Origin: Lachnospiraceae bacterium
GTDB lineage: Bacteria; Bacillota; Clostridia; Lachnospirales; Lachnospiraceae
NCBI GenBank assembly: GCA_016293925.1
Contig: JAEDCX010000025.1
Span: 1 to 28,556 of the forward strand
DNA length: 28,556 bases
Reading direction: 5' to 3'
Shown here piece by piece: positions 1 through 7,295 of the stretch. Made by a program: the position numbers and the translations under genes. The notes beneath the pieces were generated by a model. That model was given only the letters and a program-made list of their open reading frames with translations, was not told where the DNA came from and did not search any database. Numbering within the stretch: the stretch's first letter is position 1; every line of letters starts with the position of its first letter.

Positions 1-4
1 CACG

Positions 5-676
5 GTGAACGGTGTTCTCGCATACCACCTGTCCGATATGGATGCAGACGATGTGTGCGAGATGATTGTTTTTATTTCCGTTCCAGAACAGGTAGACCTG
101 GAAGATAGTACGATTGATACTCAGGACATCTATGCCGTGGTATATGAGGTTGACGGATATGATGTATATGAGGCAGATTCCATCCTGATCGACAGACAGT
201 GGTTCGGCGCATCCGACTATGAGTTTGACAGAATTTTCTCCATTCAGTCAAACGGCATGCAATACTATGGTATCGACGTCGAATACGAACAATCTCTGTT
301 GACGGACAGTGAATTTATGTCCATAACGCTCTTATCTTATGACGGAAACTCCATTGTCACTCTGATTCATGAATTCGTGAATGGATCCGACGAAATAGAC
401 AATGATGTTTTCGATTTCGTTGCGGAAGATCTCTATTCCATCGGATTGACTGAGGCTGCAAACGGAATTGATGACGGTACCTACAGTCAGTTGAACTTTA
501 CCGCAGGTGAATATACAGATTCTGGTCTTGACCTCCTCTTCGTCGCATATGGACGGAACAGTTATCTTGATGACATGGATACTTTCCGTAGTGATGTATA
601 TAAGGAATTCCAGAAAACCGGTGATCTGAGTCTTCTCGGTACGGTTGATTATGAGATCATCACATACTCCTACTAG
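5..676 (+). CDS. hypothetical, strongly acidic (D/E/Y-rich) protein; 5' end truncated by the window edge
   Basis: The frame is open from nt 2 to the stop at 674-676. The GTG at 5 is only the first possible start inside the window. I recognise no motif and see no long hydrophobic segment. It lies on the same strand as the MscS gene, 93 nt upstream. Confidence 0.5.
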   Translation: MNGVLAYHLSDMDADDVCEMIVFISVPEQVDLEDSTIDTQDIYAVVYEVDGYDVYEADSILIDRQWFGASDYEFDRIFSIQSNGMQYYGIDVEYEQSLLTDSEFMSITLLSYDGNSIVTLIHEFVNGSDEIDNDVFDFVAEDLYSIGLTEAANGIDDGTYSQLNFTAGEYTDSGLDLLFVAYGRNSYLDDMDTFRSDVYKEFQKTGDLSLLGTVDYEIITYSY

Positions 677-769
677 ATCAGTTCACCCAACCAGATGCTT
701 CGGCTGCAGACGGATTTCATTCCACTACCATCCGCCCTGCAGCCATAGCAAGAGAAAGAAGGAATATCT

Positions 770-1666
770 ATGAAGAAAAACAATCCGATCAAAAATGTTA
801 TTAAGTTAGTTGTCGGTCTTGTCATCATGATTGCATCCGGCGTTGCCGGAATCCTAAGCGGCACCTTTGATGACGTACACGACATCACCAGCATGATCCA
901 TGTGGATGCACCTACGATTCTGAAAGTCATCGTAATGATTGCTTTCTTCGTGGCACTGAATGCGGTCGTCCAGTTACTGCTCCACGCAATCCACGGCAAG
1001 AAGAACCGCACCAACACATTGATCACCGTACTATCCAGTTTACTGAAATACGTTTTCGTTCTGGCCGGTCTGTGCTGGGGACTGTCCCTGCTGGGCGTGA
1101 ATGTGGGAACGATTTTCGCAGGCATCGGAATCTTCGCCCTGATCCTCGGCTTCGGTGCAGAGAATCTGGTATCCGATCTGGTGACAGGCGCATTCATTCT
1201 GTTTGAGAATCAGTACAATGTGGGTGACATCGTGGAACTGGACGGTTACAGAGGAACCGTTGATTATATCGGAATCCGTACCACCGGCATCCGTGATGCA
1301 GGCGGAAATGTGAAGATCATCAACAACTCCGATATCAAGAATATCATCAACCGTTCCGAGAGAGGGTCCGTTGCGGTATCCATCATCGGCATCTCATATG
1401 CCCTGAAGCTGGATGAAGTAGAGGCCAAGATCCCCTCCATACTGTCCAAGATCAAAGAGCGAAATGCGGATATATTCTGCGGCGAAGTGAATTATCTGGG
1501 CGTGGAGGAATTAGCGGATTCTGCCGTCGTTCTGAAATTCATGGCAGAGGTTCATGAGAGTAATATTTTCCGCGGAAGACGTATTCTGAATCGTGAATTG
1601 AAGGTGTTATTCGATGAAGAGGGTATTGAGATTGCTTACCCGCAGCTGGATGTACACATGAAATAA
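770..1666 (+). CDS. small-conductance mechanosensitive channel, MscS family
   Basis: 298 aa. N-terminal hydrophobic helices are followed by the MscS pore-helix/beta-domain signature GFGAENLVSDLVTGAFILFENQYNVGDIVELDGYRGTVDYIGIRTTGIRDAGGNVKIINNSDI. A purine-rich RBS (GAAGGAA) precedes the ATG. Confidence 0.9.
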   Translation: MKKNNPIKNVIKLVVGLVIMIASGVAGILSGTFDDVHDITSMIHVDAPTILKVIVMIAFFVALNAVVQLLLHAIHGKKNRTNTLITVLSSLLKYVFVLAGLCWGLSLLGVNVGTIFAGIGIFALILGFGAENLVSDLVTGAFILFENQYNVGDIVELDGYRGTVDYIGIRTTGIRDAGGNVKIINNSDIKNIINRSERGSVAVSIIGISYALKLDEVEAKIPSILSKIKERNADIFCGEVNYLGVEELADSAVVLKFMAEVHESNIFRGRRILNRELKVLFDEEGIEIAYPQLDVHMK

Positions 1667-1676
1667 GGAGAGCCCT

Positions 1677-2945
1677 ATGACAGATGAATTTCATTGTGCT
1701 CCGGCACCAGACAGCCGGGACGAATTCAATCACTCTCATCTGGAATATACGGCCAGTCACCAGGAATATGGCAGCGTAGGGGAAGAATGTTTCCCCCTTG
1801 GGCAGGAATATCCTGACGCTGGACCGGAGAATCACATTTCCGGCGACGAATTCCATTCATCCCAGCCTTATGAGCCATCGGGAGATGCTGCCAGACAGGA
1901 GAACGAAAAACGTCACAGTTTCATCCGCCGTGCAGGATATCTGGTTGCGGCTGCCGCAGCCACTGTCATCATTATCGAAACAGCGGATATCCCGCAGAAA
2001 CCGGATGCTGTGGATCCGGTGAATTCGGAACTGGTTGCCGATACCGACGACCCGGAACCGGTTGACACCACTGATCCGCAGACACCTGTGGATGTTGCCA
2101 CCGCGGATTACGGTTTCCTGAAACCATACCTGGATGAGATTTATTCCATGATCCGGCAGGATCATTATTTCGCATTGTCAGAATACATAAACAAACAGAC
2201 CCAGGTTCTGTATGAGGAATTGGAGGATTATCCCGGAACCGCCGACCTGATCTACACTGCAGACGGTGTCTATGAAGCGGAAGACGGACAGACGGACTAT
2301 TTGATGCGCGTCACTTACCGGAATACCGGCGAAAAATTGAATTCTGCAGGATCCAGCCTCGAATTCCAATTTTTCACTGCAGACAGTTTTACCTCCGGCC
2401 AATATCCCAACAGCCGTATTGTCTATTGTGACGGGATGTTAGTGCAGGCATTGCGGGGCGATTTCACGGGTACCGACTGTGCCGACGCCCGATACGAGGA
2501 GTTCTGGTATCAGGGTTCCGGACAGATATATCCTGTCTACTATATCACCGGTTCTGTCGAAAATGGTCATTTCACCGGTTCCGTGACCGAGAATACCTAT
2601 GCGCGCAATCCAATTACAATCCGTTCGGATCAGCATACGCTGAATGATATTGCCTATGCAGCGCATCGATTCTTTGATCTGGATGCAAACGGTTGTCTGT
2701 ATCTGCCGAACCTGACATATCTGTCATCAGAGGATGGGCATTACGCATTTGAGGTTTTCCAGGATACCGATTACCGCTATTTCCTGGAGTACAATTCCTT
2801 CAATGACAGCTGGAGTCTCTGTGTCAGAGAATTCCCCGAACATCCGGAAGCAAACAATATCTACTACGCGTGCTATACGGTTAACGGAGATACCACAGAC
2901 GAACTTTTCCCGATCGTGCCTCTGACGGAGATGCTTACATTCTGA
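1677..2945 (+). CDS. hypothetical single-pass membrane protein with an acidic ~300-aa C-terminal domain
   Basis: The start lies 10 nt after the MscS stop, with GGAG in between, so it is probably co-transcribed. The low-complexity N-terminus carries DEFH/DEFN/QEY repeats. One TM helix (AGYLVAAAAATVIIIE) is preceded by the basic stretch KRHSFIRR. A P/D/T-rich linker and a domain I cannot assign follow. Confidence 0.7.
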   Translation: MTDEFHCAPAPDSRDEFNHSHLEYTASHQEYGSVGEECFPLGQEYPDAGPENHISGDEFHSSQPYEPSGDAARQENEKRHSFIRRAGYLVAAAAATVIIIETADIPQKPDAVDPVNSELVADTDDPEPVDTTDPQTPVDVATADYGFLKPYLDEIYSMIRQDHYFALSEYINKQTQVLYEELEDYPGTADLIYTADGVYEAEDGQTDYLMRVTYRNTGEKLNSAGSSLEFQFFTADSFTSGQYPNSRIVYCDGMLVQALRGDFTGTDCADARYEEFWYQGSGQIYPVYYITGSVENGHFTGSVTENTYARNPITIRSDQHTLNDIAYAAHRFFDLDANGCLYLPNLTYLSSEDGHYAFEVFQDTDYRYFLEYNSFNDSWSLCVREFPEHPEANNIYYACYTVNGDTTDELFPIVPLTEMLTF

Positions 2946-2977
2946 ATATAAGAGCGGAAAGGTTCGCAAAGAAAATG

Positions 2978-3013
2978 AAAAGCCACAGGGGAAACATCCT
3001 CTGTGGCTTTGTT
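2978..3013. terminator. bidirectional intrinsic terminator between the convergent hypothetical gene and metG
   Basis: AAAAGCCACAGGGG-aaacat-CCTCTGTGGCTTTGTT forms a ~10-bp stem. It is flanked by an A-run on the left and a T-run on the right, so it reads as hairpin plus U-tract on both strands. Confidence 0.65.
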
Positions 3014-3077
3014 ATAACATTCCTTCATGGCAGATAGTCCTGCCGTTTCACGGATCCGCCCTATCCTTCCTCCGGAT

Positions 3078-5054
3078 TTAGCAGATCTCCGCCCCTGCGG
3101 GCATCTTCTTTTCGGGTGTCATCAGTGCCAGATTACCCTCCGCATCCTCTGCACATAATAACATTCCTTCGGACAATACGCCTGCCAGTGTTGCGGGCTT
3201 TAAGTTCACCAGAACCATTACTTTTTTCCCAACCATCTCCGCGGCGGAGTAATGCTGTTTGATTCCGGACACGATCTGTTTTACTTCTTTCCCGATCTTC
3301 ACCTTGGAGCACAGAAGCTTCTTGGACTTGGGTACCTCCTCACAGGCAATGATCTCACCTACCTGGAACTGCAGTTTCGCAAAATCATCATAGGTGATCT
3401 CCGGTTTGGCTTCGATCGTAATGCTGTCGTCCTCTTCTTCCGCGGCGGCAGGCTCTGCTGTGGCAGCCTCTGCATTTCTGGCTGCGTACATTGCCTCCAC
3501 CTTCTCATTTATTTCTTTGGCATCCAGACGGGCAAAGAGAATCTCTGGTTTATCCGTTACCCTGCTGCCGGATGGATAGAGACCGAATGTGTTAAGTTCA
3601 TCCAGTGTGCGGATGGAAGTATTCAGCTGCTCTGTGATCTTCCTTGCAGTGGAAGGCATAAAGGATTCTAAGAGGGTTGCGCCGATGCAGATACTCTCGG
3701 TCAGATTATACAGCACGGTTGCAAGGCGGTCATGCTTCGCCTCGTCCTTCGCCAGTACCCAGGGCTCTGTCTCATCAATATATTTGTTGCAGCGCTTGAA
3801 CAGGGTGAATATCTCTGTCAGTGCATCCGCAACGCGCAGCTCGTTCATCTTATTCTTTACCTTGGTCACAGCCGAGACAGCCACTGCCTTCAGTTCCTCA
3901 TCCACGGTATCCGTGACATTCCTATTCTCTACAACGCCGCCGAAATATTTGTTGCTCATGGAAATGGTTCTGTTCACCAGATTGCCCAGTGTGTTGGCAA
4001 GGTCTGCGTTGATTCTCTCCACCAGAATATCCCAGCCGATGTTCCCGTCATTCTCGAAAGGCATCTCATGCAGGACAAAATAACGTACCGCATCCACGCC
4101 GAAGAAGTTCACAAGATCATCCGCATAGATTACGTTTCCTCTGGATTTGCTCATCTTGTTATCACCCTGGAGAAGCCATGGGTGTCCGAACACCTGCTTG
4201 GGCAGAGGCTCCCCAAGAGCCATTAAGAAAATCGGCCAGTAGATGGTATGGAACCGGATGATATCCTTACCGATCAGATGAAGGTCAGCCGGCCAGTATT
4301 TCCTGTAGTTCTCGCCATGGTTACCGTCTACATCATATCCCAGACCCGTGATGTAATTGGTCAGTGCATCCAGCCACACATAAACAACATGTCTGTTATC
4401 GAAATCCACCGGGATACCCCACTTGAAGGAGGTTCTGGATACACACAGATCCTGCAGTCCCGGAAGCAGGAAATTGTTCATCATCTCGTTCTTACGGGAA
4501 ACCGGCTGAATGAATTCCGGATGGGTTTTGATATGCTCAATCAGGCGGTCTGCGTATTTGCTCATCTTGAAGAAATACGCCTCTTCCTTGGCAGGCTTCA
4601 CCTCTCTTCCGCAGTCGGGACATTTCCCGTCCACAAGCTGTGACTCTGTCCAGAAGGATTCACAGGGCGTACAGTACATTCCCTCGTAGGATCCTTTGTA
4701 GATGTCCCCCTGGTCATAGAATTTCTTGAACATCTTCTGAACCTGCTTCTCATGATATTCATCCGTTGTCCGGATAAATTTATCGTAGGATGTGTCCATC
4801 AAATCCCACAGCCCACGGATCGTACCGGATACGTTATCCACATATTCCTTGGGCGTGATGCCCGCATCCTGGGCTTTCAGTTCAATCTTCTGCCCATGCT
4901 CGTCGGTTCCCGTCTGGAAAAAAACATCGTACCCTTCCGCACGTTTGAATCTGGCAATACTGTCTGCCAGCACGATCTCATAACTGTTACCGATATGTGG
5001 TTTACCGGATGTATATGCGATCGCTGTCGTAATGTAATATTTTGGTTTTGACAT
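3078..5054 (-). CDS. metG: methionine--tRNA ligase (MetRS) with a C-terminal EMAP/Trbp111-type tRNA-binding domain
   Basis: 658 aa. It carries a HIGH-type motif (AYTSGKPHIGNSYE), a zinc-knuckle region (CTPCESF...CPDCG) and KMSKS (NKMSKSRGN). The C-terminal OB-fold tail reads GEIIACEEVPKSKKLLCSKVKIG...LLCAED. RBS AAGGAGG lies upstream. Confidence 0.97.
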   Translation of the reverse strand: MSKPKYYITTAIAYTSGKPHIGNSYEIVLADSIARFKRAEGYDVFFQTGTDEHGQKIELKAQDAGITPKEYVDNVSGTIRGLWDLMDTSYDKFIRTTDEYHEKQVQKMFKKFYDQGDIYKGSYEGMYCTPCESFWTESQLVDGKCPDCGREVKPAKEEAYFFKMSKYADRLIEHIKTHPEFIQPVSRKNEMMNNFLLPGLQDLCVSRTSFKWGIPVDFDNRHVVYVWLDALTNYITGLGYDVDGNHGENYRKYWPADLHLIGKDIIRFHTIYWPIFLMALGEPLPKQVFGHPWLLQGDNKMSKSRGNVIYADDLVNFFGVDAVRYFVLHEMPFENDGNIGWDILVERINADLANTLGNLVNRTISMSNKYFGGVVENRNVTDTVDEELKAVAVSAVTKVKNKMNELRVADALTEIFTLFKRCNKYIDETEPWVLAKDEAKHDRLATVLYNLTESICIGATLLESFMPSTARKITEQLNTSIRTLDELNTFGLYPSGSRVTDKPEILFARLDAKEINEKVEAMYAARNAEAATAEPAAAEEEDDSITIEAKPEITYDDFAKLQFQVGEIIACEEVPKSKKLLCSKVKIGKEVKQIVSGIKQHYSAAEMVGKKVMVLVNLKPATLAGVLSEGMLLCAEDAEGNLALMTPEKKMPAGAEIC

Positions 5055-5123
5055 CTCTATTCCTCCTTATGAATTGCGCACCCTCACGGATCGTTTCCTG
5101 CTTTCCTGGACGAAGTTCCCTAT

Positions 5124-5162
5124 GAAAACAAAAAAACTTCTCACCCGTGACCGGATGAGAAG
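5124..5162 (-). terminator. T-box attenuator (intrinsic terminator) of the metG leader
   Basis: The minus strand reads CUUCUCAUCCGGUCACGGGUGAGAAG (~11-bp stem) followed by UUUUUUUGUUUUC. The 5' arm overlaps the 3' arm of the antiterminator. Confidence 0.85.
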
Positions 5163-5505
5163 ACGCTTGACCGTGTTACCACTTCTCTTCATTCCCTTCT
5201 TGCGAAGAAAACCTCTGTCGGTATCATTCCGAAGAACCGCTCTGCAGGACGTCCGTTTCCTGTCCGGACCACTCTGCCTCCGCTTCCTGCGAAAATAATA
5301 CTCACCGCTGTAACAGGCGGATCCTGTCGTACTCTAACCCTCCGGCTCGGTACGCTGCTCAGAAGCCATCTTCCATCTGCCCCGGTTCTGTTCCTCCCAG
5401 CAACGGTTGACCGGGCAATCGGTGATCGTATCACCAACCATTCTCCTCGACAACCATGGAACATTCTCTGGAAAACCTCATCAAATGTACTCTCTTCGTC
5501 AATGC
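5124..5505 (-). promoter_or_regulatory. T-box riboswitch leader, Met specifier (AUG), controlling metG
   Basis: Minus-strand elements:
- The Stem I base, UUGACGAAGAGAGUA (5488-5502), resembles the canonical GCGAUGAGAAGAAGAGUA.
- An AG-bulge-like CCAGAGAA and a distal GGUUGGUGAUACG are present.
- The specifier loop GGAAG-AUG-G-CUUCUGAGCA has its AUG at 5367-5369, matching the glyQS pattern GAAGGCACUUCGAGCA.
- An F-box-like CCUGUUA is present.
- The T-box sequence AAUGAAGAGAAGUGGUAACACGG (5171-5193) matches the consensus GGUGGUACCGCG, with a UGGU bulge for the tRNA acceptor end.
- A terminator follows.
A possible promoter, TTGACG (5552-5557)-17 nt-TAGGCT (5529-5534), lies just upstream. Confidence 0.85.
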
Positions 5506-5559
5506 GTTTCCTACTATGGAATGAATTAAGCCTATCACATCCCATACCGTTCGTCAATC

Positions 5560-6915
5560 TTAATTTTTCCGGTGTACGATTGCTTTGGTCTTCCATTTCC
5601 CGGAGAGATACCGCCCGGTTACAATGATTCCCGTCACCGTCCAGGTGGAGACCGTTGTCCACCAGATACCCATCACCCCGATCTGGGGAATCATAGTCAG
5701 CGGATAGGCAAAGCCCACCCGACAGGCTACCTCCACAATACCGTTGAGCAATGCTGCTGCCGTGTCTCCGGCACCGTTCAGCACACTTCTCGCCACGTAT
5801 ATCATACCCAGCAGGAAATAGAAGCATACATTGATCCGAAGCGCTCTCACGCCCAGTTCAATAACCGGTTCCTCGCTGACGAAAATATGCATGATTCCCC
5901 TGCCTCCGAAAAAGCCGATCGGAAACAGAATCAGACTAAACACGCCGCAGATCAGCATACCCTTACGGAATCCCTTGCGTACCCGGTCAATATTGCCTGC
6001 ACCCATATTCTGCCCGGTAAATGTGACAAGTGCCGCACCCAGAGAGGAATAGGGCTGCTGGATCAGCTGGTCGAAACGGCTGACTGCCGTGTTCGCTGCA
6101 ATCGCAATCTCCTTGAAGGAGTTCACAACCGCCTGGAGGGCGATGCAGGATACCGCGATCATGGAATTCTGCAGGGACACCGGAATGCCGATGCGGAAAC
6201 ACTGCCGGATCAGCTTTCTGTCCGGTTTGTAATACTCCCTGGAGATCCGGAAATACGGAATCCGCTTATATGCGTAGATCAGACTGCCGATGGCGGAGAT
6301 CATCTGTGCGATAATGGTTGCCAGGGCAACGCCGAATACACTCCAGTCGAATTGTACCACAAACAGAAGATCCAGTCCGACATTGATGGCACTGGCCACA
6401 ATCAGGAAGATCAGCGGCGTAACGGAATCGCCAAGCGCCCTCAGAATCGAGGATATCGCATTGTATGCCGCAATCGCAATGATTCCGATACAGGCCACTC
6501 TCATGTAGAGCACCGCATCCGCAAGCAGCTCTTCCGGCGTGCCGAGCGCACGCAGAATCACCTCTGCAAGCCCCGCGCCCAGTGTACTCATCACAACCGC
6601 TACCGACAGCACGACATAGATTGCATTACCGATTGTTTTTTTCACATACCGCTCGTCCCCGGCCCCGATATACTGAGCCACGATGACGCCGATACCGGCA
6701 CCCATACCGAATGCAAAGCTGTTGAAAAAGAAGCAGATGGAACCGGTGGCGCCCACCGCCGCCAGGGCATTGCTGCCTTCCTGCTGTCCGATGACAATGG
6801 TGTCCACCATATTGTATAATTGTTGAAACAGATTCCCGATCAGCATCGGAATCGTGAATACGATCAGTTGTTTTAAGATCGGTCCCTTGGTCATATCCAT
6901 GGCTCTTCGTTTCAT
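5560..6915 (-). CDS. MATE family multidrug/toxin efflux transporter
   Basis: 451 aa and about 12 predicted TM segments. The N-terminus is typical of MATE proteins: GPILKQLIVFTIPMLIGNLFQQLYNMVDTIVIGQ. RBS AGGAG lies 7 nt upstream. Confidence 0.92.
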   Translation of the reverse strand: MKRRAMDMTKGPILKQLIVFTIPMLIGNLFQQLYNMVDTIVIGQQEGSNALAAVGATGSICFFFNSFAFGMGAGIGVIVAQYIGAGDERYVKKTIGNAIYVVLSVAVVMSTLGAGLAEVILRALGTPEELLADAVLYMRVACIGIIAIAAYNAISSILRALGDSVTPLIFLIVASAINVGLDLLFVVQFDWSVFGVALATIIAQMISAIGSLIYAYKRIPYFRISREYYKPDRKLIRQCFRIGIPVSLQNSMIAVSCIALQAVVNSFKEIAIAANTAVSRFDQLIQQPYSSLGAALVTFTGQNMGAGNIDRVRKGFRKGMLICGVFSLILFPIGFFGGRGIMHIFVSEEPVIELGVRALRINVCFYFLLGMIYVARSVLNGAGDTAAALLNGIVEVACRVGFAYPLTMIPQIGVMGIWWTTVSTWTVTGIIVTGRYLSGKWKTKAIVHRKN

Positions 6916-7040
6916 ATCCGCACTCCTGAAGATCCTTCTTCCAAATTGTAATTTTCTCTTTCTGCTTCCTCATATTAGTGGATTCATTTTCTCTTTTCCA
7001 TGTATTATCTTGTACGTTAAATGGATAATTCTGAACGTGG

Positions 7041-7066
7041 AAAAGAGCAGCCTGTCCGACTGCTCC
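7041..7066 (-). terminator. possible weak intrinsic terminator about 230 nt downstream of the ABC permease stop
   Basis: The minus strand reads GAGCAG-ucggacagg-CUGCUC-UUUU. The stem is 6-7 bp and the U-tract is short. Confidence 0.4.
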
Positions 7067-7295
7067 ATCCGTGTGAGGAAAAAATAAGTTGTTATGGAAA
7101 AAGTATAGGAAAGCGATTAAAAAACGGTTTCTCAATACTGTCATTGTTAGTCGAAGCCACATGACACATTGCGCGCAATTCATGTTATCCGTCCGTGACT
7201 TCATTGGATAAATTTAGTATATCCACAAATTGTGTCCATTGTGTGTTCAGAATCTGAAGGAACTATAAACGATTCATGAAGAAATCCTATCCCCA

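Noticed and set aside
673-1197. 174-aa ORF antisense to the 5' half of the MscS gene. Several 60-130-aa ORFs inside metG, the GH1 gene, glpK and other genes are similar
   Set aside because: All are nested within, or antisense to, genes with strong family signatures, and none has independent support.
5221-5230. A second GGAAUGAUACC element, with AUG at 5225-5227, as a possible T-box specifier or evidence for a tandem T-box
   Set aside because: It lies only about 50 nt from the T-box sequence, in what should be the Stem III region. The upstream GGAAG-AUG-G-CUUCUGAGCA (AUG at 5367-5369) matches the canonical Stem I specifier-loop/K-turn context far better. Only one T-box/antiterminator/terminator unit is present.
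5189-5827. 212-aa minus-strand ORF spanning the metG leader and the 3' end of the MATE gene
   Set aside because: The region is explained by the T-box leader and by the MATE coding frame. The ORF runs through the riboswitch structure and overlaps MATE out of frame.
5572-6819. 415-aa ORF on the + strand, antisense to the MATE gene
   Set aside because: It lies entirely within a well-supported transporter gene on the other strand. The translation is H/R/P/D/C/Q-rich with no motifs, no RBS and no hydrophobic pattern, which is typical of a shadow ORF produced by codon bias.
6626-7204. 192-aa minus-strand ORF crossing the spacer into the MATE gene
   Set aside because: It runs out of frame into the MATE coding region. 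It has no RBS, its composition is implausible, and it reads through a terminator-like hairpin.
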